From NCBI GenBank assembly GCA_963674825.1, contig OY771587.1, positions 2,400,001 through 2,464,000 of the forward strand: a DNA stretch of 64,000 bases. Direction: 5' to 3'. This DNA is from Candidatus Cloacimonadales bacterium (lineage in GTDB: Bacteria; Cloacimonadota; Cloacimonadia; Cloacimonadales; JAIOQZ01). The notes under the pieces are model-generated. The model saw only the letters and a program-made list of their open reading frames with translations. It ran no database searches and was not told the origin of the DNA. Below, piece by piece: positions 9,659-20,630 of the stretch. A program made the position numbers and the translations under genes. Every line of letters starts with the position of its first letter. The stretch's first letter is position 1.

Positions 9659-12600
9659 ATGAAAAAGATGATCTTTGTGGTCCTGATCATGATAGCCGCG
9701 TTTTCGACGCTTATGTCTATTCCCTTTGCGCCGACAACGACGGACCTTCAAGAACGTATTCAGGCCGCTGCTCCCGATGAGCAGATTCCGATTATTATTG
9801 CGCTCAAAGACCGCTATAACTCAGCGGATCTGATTCGAGCGACCAACGACCTCAATCCGCAACAACGCCGGCAGTATGTTGTGGATCAGCTGAAGGCTTT
9901 TTCAGCAAGCTCTCAGCAGAATGTGATGCAATATCTTCAGGCTAATCGCAGTGCGGTTACCAACGTAAGATCGCTCTGGATTGCCAATGTGATTTTCTGC
10001 GACGCAACCCCGGAAGCGATCGAGCAGCTTGCTCAACGCACGGATATCCGCCGTATCGACTGGGATGACGAACAGAATCTGCTGGATCCCCGCGAGTGGG
10101 CGAACTCCCGTGTGGTGGAAGGTGAACGTGAGATCACCTGGAACGTGACCAACGTCAACGCTGATGACGTGTGGGCCCTTGGTTATACAGGCGAAGGCAT
10201 CACCATTGCCGTTATCGATACGGGAGTAAACTACAATCACGTTGATCTTGCCGATCACGTATGGGAAAGCGACGAATACCCCAATCACGGATACGACTTT
10301 ATCAATGGCGACAACAACCCCATGGACGATCACGGCCACGGAACCCACTGTGCTGGAACCGTAGCTGGTGACGGTACAGCAGGATCACAGACTGGTATGG
10401 CTCCGGAAGCTACAATCATGTGTCTGAAAGTACTTACCTCATCTGGTAACGGACAGGAATCTGCCGTGTGGTCAGCAGTCGAATTCGCTGTGGAACAGGG
10501 CGCGAACGCATTCAGCATGTCACTTGGCTGGACAGATAGCGGTAATCCCGATTATGAATCATGGCGCGACACAATGGCTAACGCGCAGGCTGCCGGTGTT
10601 GCCGGAGCGATTGCTGCCGGTAATGAAGGTGCATATCAATCTTGGTACCCGATTCCTCATAACGTCCGTGTACCTGGCTGTTGCCCTCCGCCGTGGCTTC
10701 ATCCTGACCAGGAACTCGAAGGTGGAACTTCCTGTGTTATCTGCGTTGGTGCAACCACCAGCAGCAATACGATCGCCAGTTTCTCCAGCCTCGGACCCTG
10801 CACATGGGAAGATGTCAATAACTACGAAGACTATCCTTATAATCCTGAGATGGGCTTGATCAGACCTGATATCGTTGCTCCCGGAGCGAACATAAAATCC
10901 TTGGATTATTCCAGCAATTCCGGTTACGCCGATGGTTGGGACGGAACTTCCATGGCAACCCCCTGCGTTGCGGGTGTTATCGCACTGATGCTTGATAAAA
11001 ACGAATTCATGTTACCTGCCGATATCGACCAGATTATCGAAAATAACCGATATGAAATCACCGATACAAAGAGCAATACCTATGGTTCAGGCCGTATTGA
11101 CGCACTCCTGGCAGTTGAAGCTACGAACCCGCCGAACATGCCGCCGTATGCTCCGATGAATCCCTATCCCGAGAATGAATCTGCCTGTGCCTTTACCGGT
11201 ACGCAGATTACATGGGATGACGGAAACGGTACTCCTTCCGAATACTATGTTGTGTATGTCGGAACCGACAACCCACCGGTGGACATTGTCAATGGTGTGC
11301 AGACAACCGATACGTCATACGAACTCGAAGGTCTGCTTGAATACAACACCCAGTACTACTGGCGTATCGATGCTGTAAACGAATTTGGTTACACCGAAGG
11401 CGACACCTGGACTTTCTCGACCATCGCCGAAGCAAGTGAAAGCTTCGAGAGCGGTGACTTCACTAACTTTGACTGGTATTCGAACTCGACGGTTCCATGG
11501 GAAATCGATGAATCTCAGGCGATGGACGGAATCTATTCCGCGCGCAGTGGCGATATCCCATCATATTACTACACCGAGCTGTGCCTTGACGTGTATGTAC
11601 CCTTCGAAAGCGAAGTGGTCTTTTTCAAGAAAGTAAGTTGTGAAGATGACGAGAACGATCAGGACGACAGGCTGAAGTTTACGATCGACGGTGAACAAAT
11701 GGGCGCTTGGGATGGCGAGATCGATTGGTCTTACTCCTCATTTCCCGTAACAGCCGGCAACCATACACTCGTCTGGACTTATCTGAAAGTTGGAAATACT
11801 ACCGCTGGTGACGACTGCGTCTGGATAGACTATATCGTTCTTCCGCCGGCACTCTTCCCGCCTAGCGATCTTGCCTGTGACATTATCGATGGTAATGACG
11901 TTGCGCTCGAGTGGACGGCACCGAGTAGCACAAACGGTTTGGAAAGCTACAAGGTCTACCGCGATAGTGTCGAGATCGCAGAGATTACCGATCTTGAAAC
12001 GCTTACATTCACAGATGAAGAACTCGAGAACGGAAACTATTCCTATTATGTGACCGCTATATACGAAGCTGGTGAATCGCAACAATCGAACGTTGAAGAA
12101 GTCACGATTTGGGTTGCTCATCCGCCAATGAATCTGGTTGCCGAGATCGAAAATAACAACGATGTCGTGCTGACCTGGGAATTGCCGGTGGAACGAGTTG
12201 AATTGACTCGCGATGAATTGACCGGATTCAAAGTCTATCGCGATGACGAAGTGATCGCCGATATAACCGGAGCAGAGACCCTTACCTATACCGATATGGG
12301 TCTTGATGGCGGAACGTACGTTTATTACACAACCGCTGTGTACCGTGGAATCGAGTCTGATCCTTCGAATGAACAGGAAGTGCAAATTCTCGCAAATGAT
12401 CCGACGGCCCCGCCTGTTGAGACACGATTAGTGGACGCATCTCCCAATCCGTTCAATCCGACAACTACGATCAGCTTCGATCTGGCAAAACAGCAGCATG
12501 TAGAGTTGGTTGTTTACAACATGCGTGGACAGAGAATCCGCAGCCTTGTATCGGAAGTTCTGGATCCGGGCAAACATCACGTTGTCTGGGATGGTAGAGA

Positions 12601-12694
12601 CGATTCTGGCAAGCTGGTTGGATCTGGCGTGTTTCTTTACTCAATGAAGAGTGCTGGATACTCATCCGTCAAGAAGATGCTGATGCTGAAATAG
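9659..12694 (+). CDS. Secreted S8 (subtilisin-like) serine protease with FN3-like repeats and C-terminal FlgD-Ig/T9SS-like domain
   Basis: Signal peptide; triad motifs IAVIDTG, HGTHCAG, GTSMATP; C-terminal 'PNPFNPTTTISF...GSGVFLY...KKMLMLK'. Confidence 0.93.
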   Translation: MKKMIFVVLIMIAAFSTLMSIPFAPTTTDLQERIQAAAPDEQIPIIIALKDRYNSADLIRATNDLNPQQRRQYVVDQLKAFSASSQQNVMQYLQANRSAVTNVRSLWIANVIFCDATPEAIEQLAQRTDIRRIDWDDEQNLLDPREWANSRVVEGEREITWNVTNVNADDVWALGYTGEGITIAVIDTGVNYNHVDLADHVWESDEYPNHGYDFINGDNNPMDDHGHGTHCAGTVAGDGTAGSQTGMAPEATIMCLKVLTSSGNGQESAVWSAVEFAVEQGANAFSMSLGWTDSGNPDYESWRDTMANAQAAGVAGAIAAGNEGAYQSWYPIPHNVRVPGCCPPPWLHPDQELEGGTSCVICVGATTSSNTIASFSSLGPCTWEDVNNYEDYPYNPEMGLIRPDIVAPGANIKSLDYSSNSGYADGWDGTSMATPCVAGVIALMLDKNEFMLPADIDQIIENNRYEITDTKSNTYGSGRIDALLAVEATNPPNMPPYAPMNPYPENESACAFTGTQITWDDGNGTPSEYYVVYVGTDNPPVDIVNGVQTTDTSYELEGLLEYNTQYYWRIDAVNEFGYTEGDTWTFSTIAEASESFESGDFTNFDWYSNSTVPWEIDESQAMDGIYSARSGDIPSYYYTELCLDVYVPFESEVVFFKKVSCEDDENDQDDRLKFTIDGEQMGAWDGEIDWSYSSFPVTAGNHTLVWTYLKVGNTTAGDDCVWIDYIVLPPALFPPSDLACDIIDGNDVALEWTAPSSTNGLESYKVYRDSVEIAEITDLETLTFTDEELENGNYSYYVTAIYEAGESQQSNVEEVTIWVAHPPMNLVAEIENNNDVVLTWELPVERVELTRDELTGFKVYRDDEVIADITGAETLTYTDMGLDGGTYVYYTTAVYRGIESDPSNEQEVQILANDPTAPPVETRLVDASPNPFNPTTTISFDLAKQQHVELVVYNMRGQRIRSLVSEVLDPGKHHVVWDGRDDSGKLVGSGVFLYSMKSAGYSSVKKMLMLK

Positions 12695-12731
12695 CATTTT
12701 CGGCTTTAACAAAGTCATAACGAAAATTTCC

Positions 12732-12762
12732 AAGGCAGGTCGAAAGGCCTGCCTTTTTTTTT
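12732..12762 (+). terminator. Rho-independent terminator
   Basis: aaggcaggtc-gaaa-ggcctgcctt followed by a long T run. Confidence 0.9.
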
Positions 12763-12796
12763 AACGTAGGAGTAAGCCACTGCGATTTCCTTTTTG

Positions 12797-15133
12797 TTAC
12801 TCCGATCTGAGGGTATCTACCGGATTAATCCTTGCGGCACGGATCACGCGATAAGATAAAGTCGCAACCGCAATGCTGAACACAAGCATAATGGGCAACA
12901 AGAAATCGTACCACTGCATTTTTGTGTGATAGCGGAAGATGTTGAGGAATCCCCCAGCGAAATACCACGATACGATAATTGCAGGCGGAATCGAAATGAG
13001 CAGCAGGATCAGGAACTCCCGCATCAGCAGCGTAACGATGCTCAAGGATGACGATCCGAGTACCTTGCGGATGCCTATTTCACGCGTCTTCTGCTGCGCG
13101 ATAAACGAACTCAGGCCGAAGAGTCCAACGCATGATATAAACGCAGCAAACAGTGTGAACCAGCTAATAATGTCGCGTGTCCGTTCGTTGCCGGCATAGT
13201 TCTGACGGATGTTGTCATCGAGAAAGCTGTACTGGAATGGGATATCGGGAGAGATTTCACGAAAGACGCTCTCAATGTATTCGAGGGTTCCCTTGATATC
13301 GTCCGGAGCGATCTTGATCAGGATATCGGAACAGGTCCAGATAACGGTGTTGATCATCAGCGGTTGAATATCCTCACTCAGGGGACGATTGTGATAATCC
13401 TTGATGACACCAATGATGGTTCCCTCTCTTCCGTACATGTCGAAACGTTTACCGATAGGATCATCAATTCCCATGATTGAAATCGCTTTCTCATTGAGAA
13501 TATATTCGCAATTGGGCGGTTCATAGGCTTCTTCAGAGAAGTTTCGCCCATCGAGGAGCTCTATGTCCATTGTATTGAGATAATGATCATCGGTGAGCAG
13601 GAAAAAGAAGATTACAACCTCGTCATTTGGTTTACCTTCCCAGTTGGCTGGATTGATGTTTCCGACGTTGTTGGGCTGCGTCGATACGAACGTGAGGTCG
13701 CGGATGTGGCTTGATTCTGTCAAGCGCTGACGAATGGTGTCTTTCTTCTCGGAGAAATCGTTATGATAGGGCACGCAGATGACATTATCCTTATTGAAAC
13801 CGAGGTCTTTGGTATAGATGTAGTCGAACTGTCGCATGATGACAAACGTACAGATGAGAAGCGTGAGGGTCGCAAAGAACTGGAAAACCAGCAGTGCTTT
13901 ACGGAAGAGCTGATTAGGGTGACTGCCCGTTCCTCCTTTAAGGGTGACGATCGAATTGACCGATGAGAGATAAACCGCTGGATAGAGACCTGCAACAAGG
14001 ACTGTGAAGACAATGATCAACGGAATCCCCAAAAGCAACACAGGATTGTTCAGTGAAAGTGAAACGTGCGAACCGGCAAGGTTGTTGAATGTCGGGTAAA
14101 CCCATTGAGCCAGCAACAGCGCCAGCGTTATTGAGATGATAACAAGAATAGCCGCTTCCACCATGAATTGCTGAATGACCTGGTTACGCCCAGCTCCAAC
14201 TACCTTGCGTATACCGACCTCCCGGGTACGGGTCAGTGCGCGTGCCATGGCCATGTTCAGGTAATTGATACAGGCGATGATCAGGATGATAATGCCTACA
14301 ACGCTGAAAAGGATGACGTAAATCAGGCCTGCTGGACGTTCCTGATTATCGTAAAGGTGAATACGAGACATCGCTTGCAGGTGAACGTCACTCACATCGA
14401 CGTCGCGTGGGCTGAAATCGCGAAGTGAGCTGAGCACTTTTTCGCGCAGCGCTGCGATATCCGTATTTGGAGCAATCTGGATATAACCCTGAAGTTCGTA
14501 ACTCCAGCTATTGATCCGATCTTCTCCGAGGAGCTTGAGCGGGAAGATGTAGTCGTAGCGGATCGATGATTCAAGCGGAGCATCCTGCACAATGCCGGTG
14601 ACTTCGTACTGCCGGGTGTTGGATACCATGATCGATTTACCCATGGGATCTTGATCACCGAAAAGCTTATGGGCTGTTGATTCGGAAAGGATAACGGAGC
14701 GTGGTTCTTCCAATGCCTGGACAGGATCGCCTGCAAGTAGCGTGAAATCGAAAATGGAGAAGAATCCGGGTTCGGTCAGGATCACACTGTTTTCGGTAAA
14801 TGTCTTGTCATCGTAGCTGACGATAATATTGTAAAGATTACGTATGCGTGCTCCGTCGATGATCTCCGGGAATTCTTTGATCAATTCGGGTACGAATCGG
14901 TAGGATATGGTCTCGCTGACCATCTCTTCGCCGTTATTGACACTTGCGTAAAGCACCTGGTAAAGGTTGGGCAGGTTGCTATGGAATCGGTCGTAGCGCA
15001 GCTCGCCCTGCACCCATAATAGAAGAAGCAGGCTGACGGCGATACCAATGGAAAGGCCGAGGATGTTCAAGAATGAAAATCCCTTGAAACGAAGTAAATT
15101 ACGGAATCCGATGCGAATATAGTTTGACCACAA
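12797..15133 (-). CDS. ABC transporter permease, MacB/FtsX family
   Basis: 'NYIRIGFRNL...FSFLNILGLSIG', 'IACINYLNM...REVGIRKVVGA', 'REIGIRKVLGSS', C-terminal 'NPVDTLRSE'. Confidence 0.93.
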   Translation of the reverse strand: MWSNYIRIGFRNLLRFKGFSFLNILGLSIGIAVSLLLLLWVQGELRYDRFHSNLPNLYQVLYASVNNGEEMVSETISYRFVPELIKEFPEIIDGARIRNLYNIIVSYDDKTFTENSVILTEPGFFSIFDFTLLAGDPVQALEEPRSVILSESTAHKLFGDQDPMGKSIMVSNTRQYEVTGIVQDAPLESSIRYDYIFPLKLLGEDRINSWSYELQGYIQIAPNTDIAALREKVLSSLRDFSPRDVDVSDVHLQAMSRIHLYDNQERPAGLIYVILFSVVGIIILIIACINYLNMAMARALTRTREVGIRKVVGAGRNQVIQQFMVEAAILVIISITLALLLAQWVYPTFNNLAGSHVSLSLNNPVLLLGIPLIIVFTVLVAGLYPAVYLSSVNSIVTLKGGTGSHPNQLFRKALLVFQFFATLTLLICTFVIMRQFDYIYTKDLGFNKDNVICVPYHNDFSEKKDTIRQRLTESSHIRDLTFVSTQPNNVGNINPANWEGKPNDEVVIFFFLLTDDHYLNTMDIELLDGRNFSEEAYEPPNCEYILNEKAISIMGIDDPIGKRFDMYGREGTIIGVIKDYHNRPLSEDIQPLMINTVIWTCSDILIKIAPDDIKGTLEYIESVFREISPDIPFQYSFLDDNIRQNYAGNERTRDIISWFTLFAAFISCVGLFGLSSFIAQQKTREIGIRKVLGSSSLSIVTLLMREFLILLLISIPPAIIVSWYFAGGFLNIFRYHTKMQWYDFLLPIMLVFSIAVATLSYRVIRAARINPVDTLRSE

Positions 15134-15233
15134 AACAAACTCCTGGAACGTTCATATTCGTACAATGAATGTGAAGAATAAGGACACATTTTTACTTGAA
15201 AATGCGTCCTTTTAATGATTCAGCTATACGAAA

Positions 15234-15249
15234 TGCAATATAGGTGCCA
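15234..15249 (-). promoter_or_regulatory. Sigma-54 (-24/-12) promoter of the MacB-like permease
   Basis: TGGCAC-CTATA-TTGCA: GG-N10-GC with a near-consensus match, about 100 nt upstream of the start. Confidence 0.7.
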
Positions 15250-15259
15250 CTCCAGATCT

Positions 15260-16471
15260 TTAGAAGTGAACGAATGTGTAGATATATTCTTTCGGGAACC
15301 AGCTTTTCAGAAGCTTTGAGGGGCACGCATCGGTATTGCGGATCATGCCGCGATAGATAATTTCATCCGGATCAAGCGCACCGTAAACCAGGCTGGAAAG
15401 GCCGCGGATATCCATCTCGATATCCGGGATCATCTTCGCTGCAGTAGCTTGGAGCTTTTTGCCATCCGATTCCACAACCCAAGTGCCGTTATTCCATGCA
15501 CAGAGTGGGTCGGTCACACCGATGACAAGCCTTCCAGCGGTTGGTGCAGGCAGATCGTTCAGAGCTCCGGCGACGTCCATGACGCGAACCATCCATGGGT
15601 TGGAGCCGAGTTTCGACTGGATGAGCATCTGCGGATCGATCAGGAATTCGAAAGGATTGACCCCATAGGGGAGATGCATCCGGATGCGTCCGACATTCTC
15701 GAAATGGCGTGCGAAGAACTGGAGGATAGCGTCACGTGCCGGGCGGTCGCTGTACACAAAGTCAAGAATCCTGAAGTAGGCGAATCCGGTCGTCTCGTCC
15801 CGCTTCTTGGCATAGATCGCTGAACCTCGAATTCCTTGCTCGTCTCTGACAACAATCGCAATGCGGTCTTTGCGAAGCTCCTGGCGGAAGCCTTCGGGAA
15901 GAATCTTGGGACTGACATAACCGTGATGCTGTCGAATGCCTTGTGTGTGGCAGTAGTCAATGTATTCGGTCCAATCGTCATGGAAGTCCAGTTGGACCAT
16001 CTCAATATCTTCAGGTAATTCGGTATTGATGTAATGTACGAGGCCTCTTGTGTCAAACTCGATTTCCATGCCTCGCGAGGCTGCGACGTAGCCGAACATC
16101 TCGTAATAGGTGCGTTTGAAGGGAGAGAGCATGCTGACGGGCATCTGGAGTTCGTGCATCTCGTCGAAGACATGTTTGAAGAGTTCGCGGACAAAACCCT
16201 TTCTTCGATGAATTGGATTGGTTGCTACATTACCGATCGCGCCCATCTTTTTCGGTACACCGCGAACGGATTGTACCATCCGGTGGTTGATTGTGCTAGA
16301 TTCAATCTTGCCATCCACAAATACTGCCCAGGCGGTTTCCGGGTCAAACCAGGCAATCTCGTCATCTTTCGCGTCGCCATCTTTCCATTCACCGAAAGCA
16401 TAGCGGCTCAGCAGGATGTATTCTGTTTTCTCAGCTTCAGTAATCTTGCGTAATATCACGGTTTCCTCCAT
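15260..16471 (-). CDS. Eis-family GNAT acetyltransferase
   Basis: 'IGNVATNPIHRRKGFVREL', 'YEMFGY', and SCP2-like C-terminus 'VTDPLCAWNNGTW...LSSLVYG'. Confidence 0.88.
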   Translation of the reverse strand: MEETVILRKITEAEKTEYILLSRYAFGEWKDGDAKDDEIAWFDPETAWAVFVDGKIESSTINHRMVQSVRGVPKKMGAIGNVATNPIHRRKGFVRELFKHVFDEMHELQMPVSMLSPFKRTYYEMFGYVAASRGMEIEFDTRGLVHYINTELPEDIEMVQLDFHDDWTEYIDYCHTQGIRQHHGYVSPKILPEGFRQELRKDRIAIVVRDEQGIRGSAIYAKKRDETTGFAYFRILDFVYSDRPARDAILQFFARHFENVGRIRMHLPYGVNPFEFLIDPQMLIQSKLGSNPWMVRVMDVAGALNDLPAPTAGRLVIGVTDPLCAWNNGTWVVESDGKKLQATAAKMIPDIEMDIRGLSSLVYGALDPDEIIYRGMIRNTDACPSKLLKSWFPKEYIYTFVHF

Positions 16472-16487
16472 GTGATTATCATGTATT

Positions 16488-17144
16488 CTATCGTCCGGAA
16501 ATTAGTAGAAATATAGAATAGAAAACGGGTGCGGCCAGTACGAACAGTACGATCATATTGATAATACCCAGCCGTGGATCGATGAACTGCTGGACGATGC
16601 CCGATGCAAAGAAGAGAATCCCACCGGCGACGAAGCACCATCCTGCGAATCGTGATATTCGATGCCAGAGGTTTTGCCATTTCTCCATGTGGCGCGGATC
16701 GATCTCGATTGTGGTTACAAATGGTATTCTGGGCAATATTCTTCCGATTGCACAGAAGAGAATAGCCAGAAGCGTGTTCATCACTAGTGTTACATAGGCG
16801 AAACCGGGAGATACCGCCAGCATCAGCGTGAAGATATGGATTGCGGCAAAAAATGAGATCAATGTGTTGCACAGCAAAGGAAAGATATACATCGCCTTCC
16901 GATAACGTTCATCTTTTTTTGCCAGCACTTTAGGCACAAAGTACAGGGATAAGAAAGTGGCGAGATTCATCCCCACGAAGAGGTAAATACCTTCAGTTTT
17001 TCCGGCGTAACGATCAATATCGCCTTGAAGGTTCCAGTGTGCTGGGATTTCGATATTATGAGGCAGGGCAACAGCGAAATAAATCATCATGAGAATCTGG
17101 ATCGTCAGAGCGATCAGACTTGTGCGGTACTGCATAAGGCGCAT
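16488..17144 (-). CDS. DUF1648/SdpI-family membrane (immunity-like) protein
   Basis: 'LPHNIEIPAHWNLQGDIDRY' DUF1648 motif; 'LWHRISRFAGW' SdpI motif; about 6 TM segments. Confidence 0.85.
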   Translation of the reverse strand: MRLMQYRTSLIALTIQILMMIYFAVALPHNIEIPAHWNLQGDIDRYAGKTEGIYLFVGMNLATFLSLYFVPKVLAKKDERYRKAMYIFPLLCNTLISFFAAIHIFTLMLAVSPGFAYVTLVMNTLLAILFCAIGRILPRIPFVTTIEIDPRHMEKWQNLWHRISRFAGWCFVAGGILFFASGIVQQFIDPRLGIINMIVLFVLAAPVFYSIFLLISGR

Positions 17145-17622
17145 ACAACCACCTCCAGGTTACATGAGCAGTATGTAATAGTTTCCTGGAAGATGTCAAT
17201 AGGATTTCGTTTGGGGGATATCAGGCTTCTATGTATTCAGGGATGTATGCTTGCGCCTTTTCCATAGAAACGATCAATCATTGTGAGAAGCTCATGATCA
17301 ATCTTTTCTGGTAGTCAAGCTTGGAATGATATCTGGCAACGACTGGAAAATACCTGATGTTCACAGTGCTCTATATTGCTGATTCGAGATAAACTATCGA
17401 TGTTGTAATTTATGTCTTTGTCTCAATTTACACATCAATCGTGAATCTAACCGATTATATATTCACATTTTAGGGATATGCCAAGAGTCTAATTCAGAAA
17501 ATTTGTTTGACAAAAAAAGTACGCAGGAAAATAGAGTATTCGAAAGTATAATAGTTGAAAATACAATATGCGAAAAGATCATAGATTTTCATTCGCGTTT
17601 CACCCGCGAATGAGGAGGTTAA

Positions 17623-18177
17623 ATGTCAAAGGTTCACCTTGTAGTGCTGGGTATGCTCAATGAGAAACCGATGCATGGATATGAATTCAAGTACTATCTT
17701 GAAGAGCGTAGCCTGGAGCATTGGTCGAGAGTCAATCTCCCAGCGATTTATAAAGCATTGCAGTCATTGGAAGACAAAGGTCATATCACAGGTAAAAAAG
17801 AAGTAGAAGGGAATAACCCGCCCAGAACCGTTTATCGGATCACAGAATCCGGCAGGAAGTTTTTGAGAAAAATGGTCACAAACAATTTAATGAATCCAAA
17901 GCACAAACCTGATTTTTGGATCGCGATCGCGTTCATGATCAAGGTTGTCACATATGAGACAGCCCGAAGGGCGATCGAACTACAACTCGAACAAGAAGAC
18001 AAGGAGCATCGAGACATTAAATTCGCTTCAATGAAACAGCAAACGGATGTCCCATTCAACGGAAGAGTGTTGATACAATTGGGACTCGGTTTTCACGAAA
18101 CCGAGAAGAAATGCTTAACGGCTCTCTTGGAAGAGATGGCCAAGCCTGAAAATCGAGAAAAATTCATAGAGGGGTAA
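17623..18177 (+). CDS. PadR-family transcriptional regulator
   Basis: 'VLGMLNEKPMHGYE...IYKALQSLEDKGHI...PPRTVYRITESGR'. Confidence 0.93.
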   Translation: MSKVHLVVLGMLNEKPMHGYEFKYYLEERSLEHWSRVNLPAIYKALQSLEDKGHITGKKEVEGNNPPRTVYRITESGRKFLRKMVTNNLMNPKHKPDFWIAIAFMIKVVTYETARRAIELQLEQEDKEHRDIKFASMKQQTDVPFNGRVLIQLGLGFHETEKKCLTALLEEMAKPENREKFIEG

Positions 18178-18181
18178 TGAA

Positions 18182-19507
18182 ATGAAGAAATTAGCCATGA
18201 CCTTATTTATAGTAATGGTCGCAACATACAGCTTTGCGCTGTCGCTTTCAGAAGCGCGCGATCTTGCAATGAAAAACAATCAGGACCTGAAAGCGGAATA
18301 CCACTCGATGGAATCTTCGAAGTGGGAATATCGCGAATCGTTTATGTCGCTGTTTCCCAGCGCAAGCCTCGGCGGCTCGTACAGAAAAAGCGACGATGAA
18401 GCTATGGCGCAGGACAGCAACGGTAATCCGCTGGCATACGATGAAACCAGAAGCTATTCTGTCACCGTCACACAGCCCATTTTCAATGGGGGAAAAATCT
18501 GGCTTGGATCCCGTATCAATCGCGACGCGGCCAAGATCAGTGAAAGTGCATATAAAAGCAAACGTCTGAACGTGCTTAGTGAAACCGAATCAAAATATTA
18601 CACCGTACTGGAAAACCAGGAACTTGTCGCAATTGCGTCCAAGAGCCTGGAATCGGCACAGCAAAACCTCGAACGCGCTCAGATCCGCTACCAGATGGGA
18701 AGCCTTTCCAAGGCGGACATCCTTAAAATGCAATCCGAACTTGCGTCGAAAGAGCTCCAGCTCATTCAAATGGAAAATGTGCTGACCCTCAGCCGCATCG
18801 ATCTGGCAAATTACTTGCAGATCGATTCCGTCGATGAACTCGACCCGGTCGATTTCGATGGCTTTCAAGTAGAAATGGACGATATGCGCGGCATTCTCAG
18901 TGGGAACTTTGAGGATATCATTAACCGCGTAATCGAAAAGGGAATCGAGCAGAACCAGACAGTCGAAATGGCCAAGCGTCAGGTCAATATGATGAATAAA
19001 TCGCTCCTGATGGCGGAGGGGAATTTCCTGCCGTCGGTCAATCTGCAATACCAGCGTAGCTGGAGCGCTCTCGAAGACGAGGATTTCGAAGAAGACGGAA
19101 CGCTGATGTTGAGCGCGTCCATGCCGATCTTCCCGCTTGTCGATAACGCTTCCGGTGTCATTGCGGCCAAGCACAGTAAACGCAATGCTGAATATAGCTA
19201 TCGTTCAACCGAAGATGGCATTCGTACCTCGCTTCGCAGCGGTATCTACAATCTGGTTACCGCCGCCAAGTCGGTTCGCGCTTCGCGCCTCGCGCTCGAT
19301 TACGCGGAAGAGACTTATCAGCAGATGCAGGAACGCTTCCGCAGTGAAATCATTACCTCGTCCGACCTGCTCGACAGCGAGGTTATGCTTACAACCGCTC
19401 GTTCTAACTACGCGTCCAGCCTCTACGACTACCTTCGGTATCGCTCGAATATGCTGGAATTGCTGGGGACGGACGACGAAACCGTTCTATTGGAACTAAT
19501 TAAGTAA
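18182..19507 (+). CDS. TolC-family outer membrane efflux protein
   Basis: Signal peptide; 'LSLSEARDLAMKNN', 'QPIFNGG', 'PSVNL'; operon context with MFP and RND genes. Confidence 0.93.
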   Translation: MKKLAMTLFIVMVATYSFALSLSEARDLAMKNNQDLKAEYHSMESSKWEYRESFMSLFPSASLGGSYRKSDDEAMAQDSNGNPLAYDETRSYSVTVTQPIFNGGKIWLGSRINRDAAKISESAYKSKRLNVLSETESKYYTVLENQELVAIASKSLESAQQNLERAQIRYQMGSLSKADILKMQSELASKELQLIQMENVLTLSRIDLANYLQIDSVDELDPVDFDGFQVEMDDMRGILSGNFEDIINRVIEKGIEQNQTVEMAKRQVNMMNKSLLMAEGNFLPSVNLQYQRSWSALEDEDFEEDGTLMLSASMPIFPLVDNASGVIAAKHSKRNAEYSYRSTEDGIRTSLRSGIYNLVTAAKSVRASRLALDYAEETYQQMQERFRSEIITSSDLLDSEVMLTTARSNYASSLYDYLRYRSNMLELLGTDDETVLLELIK

Positions 19508-19513
19508 ATTACT

Positions 19514-20620
19514 ATGGAGGACAATGTGAATACCACAAGATTCATATATATAGCCATCATACTGCTCGCGCTGCTTGCCGGTTGTAGTAAAAAAAGCCAA
19601 CCTGCCATGCAGCAGCCAGAGACGATCGAAGCAGCGATACCCGTAATGGTCGAGAACGTCCAAAAGCGCGACCTTGATCGTTACGTCCGCGTTGCCGGCA
19701 AGCTGGAAGGCATTGTAGATATCACAATGGTCAGCGAAACATCCGGTAAGGTTGTGTCCATTGAGAAGAGCCTTGGCGACTGGGTTACCAAGGGCGATCC
19801 AATCGGTAGCGTTGATAACACCACCTACCGCATCGCACTTGATCAGGCAAAGGCATCCCTGCTCGCCGCTGAGGGACAGTACGAAGCAGCAGAAGCGACA
19901 TTCAACGCAACCGAAAACTTATACAACGACGAGAAGGTCTCGCTTGTGGATTACGCATCGGCCAAGTCGAGCTTCAAGTCGGCCCTCGCACAGCTCGAAG
20001 GTGCAAAAGCTAACGTCGAAACAGCACAGAAGGCCTATGATAATTCCCGCTTTCTAGCTCCGGTTTCGGGTTATATTTCGTATCTCCCGATCGAGGTTGG
20101 ACAGTTTGTTTCAGCAGGCTCGATAGTTTGCACCATTGTCAATTCGAAGCGACTCGTTGTGAAATCGGGCGTGAACGAAAGCGATATCATGTATATCAAG
20201 AAAGGACAAGCTGTCCAGATACACCATGTTGGTAGCGAAGATATCTATGATGGTCGCGTGACCGGTGTTGGAATATCCCAACTGGCAGGAACCGCCAGTT
20301 ATCCGATCGAGATCGAGATGGATAATCCCAATGGAAAGCTCTATCCAGGAATGGTGATTGAGGCAAAGATTAAAAGCCAGACCTTTGAAAATGTAATCTA
20401 CACTGCACTCAGCAACGTGAAGATGGAATACGATGAACCGTACGTCTTCGTCGCAAGTGGTGACCGGGTAAAACACATACCCATTACACTTGGAATTACG
20501 ATCGACGAAAACGTGATCATAGCCGGTGGACTCTCCGAAGGAGAACAACTCGTTACAGAAGGTATCGATAATCTCGAAGACGGCTCTCTGATCGACATCC
20601 GTAAAGCCATTGGCAAATAA
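19514..20620 (+). CDS. RND efflux periplasmic adaptor (MFP), lipoprotein
   Basis: Lipobox LLAGC; 'SETSGKV...GDWVTKGD', 'APVSGYI', 'LYPGM'. True start may be GTG at 19526. Confidence 0.93.
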   Translation: MEDNVNTTRFIYIAIILLALLAGCSKKSQPAMQQPETIEAAIPVMVENVQKRDLDRYVRVAGKLEGIVDITMVSETSGKVVSIEKSLGDWVTKGDPIGSVDNTTYRIALDQAKASLLAAEGQYEAAEATFNATENLYNDEKVSLVDYASAKSSFKSALAQLEGAKANVETAQKAYDNSRFLAPVSGYISYLPIEVGQFVSAGSIVCTIVNSKRLVVKSGVNESDIMYIKKGQAVQIHHVGSEDIYDGRVTGVGISQLAGTASYPIEIEMDNPNGKLYPGMVIEAKIKSQTFENVIYTALSNVKMEYDEPYVFVASGDRVKHIPITLGITIDENVIIAGGLSEGEQLVTEGIDNLEDGSLIDIRKAIGK

Positions 20621-20630
20621 GGGAGATAGA

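Noticed and set aside
17145..17622. AT-rich 480-bp intergenic region
   Set aside because: Explained as a divergent promoter region; no convincing ORF, repeat or structure.
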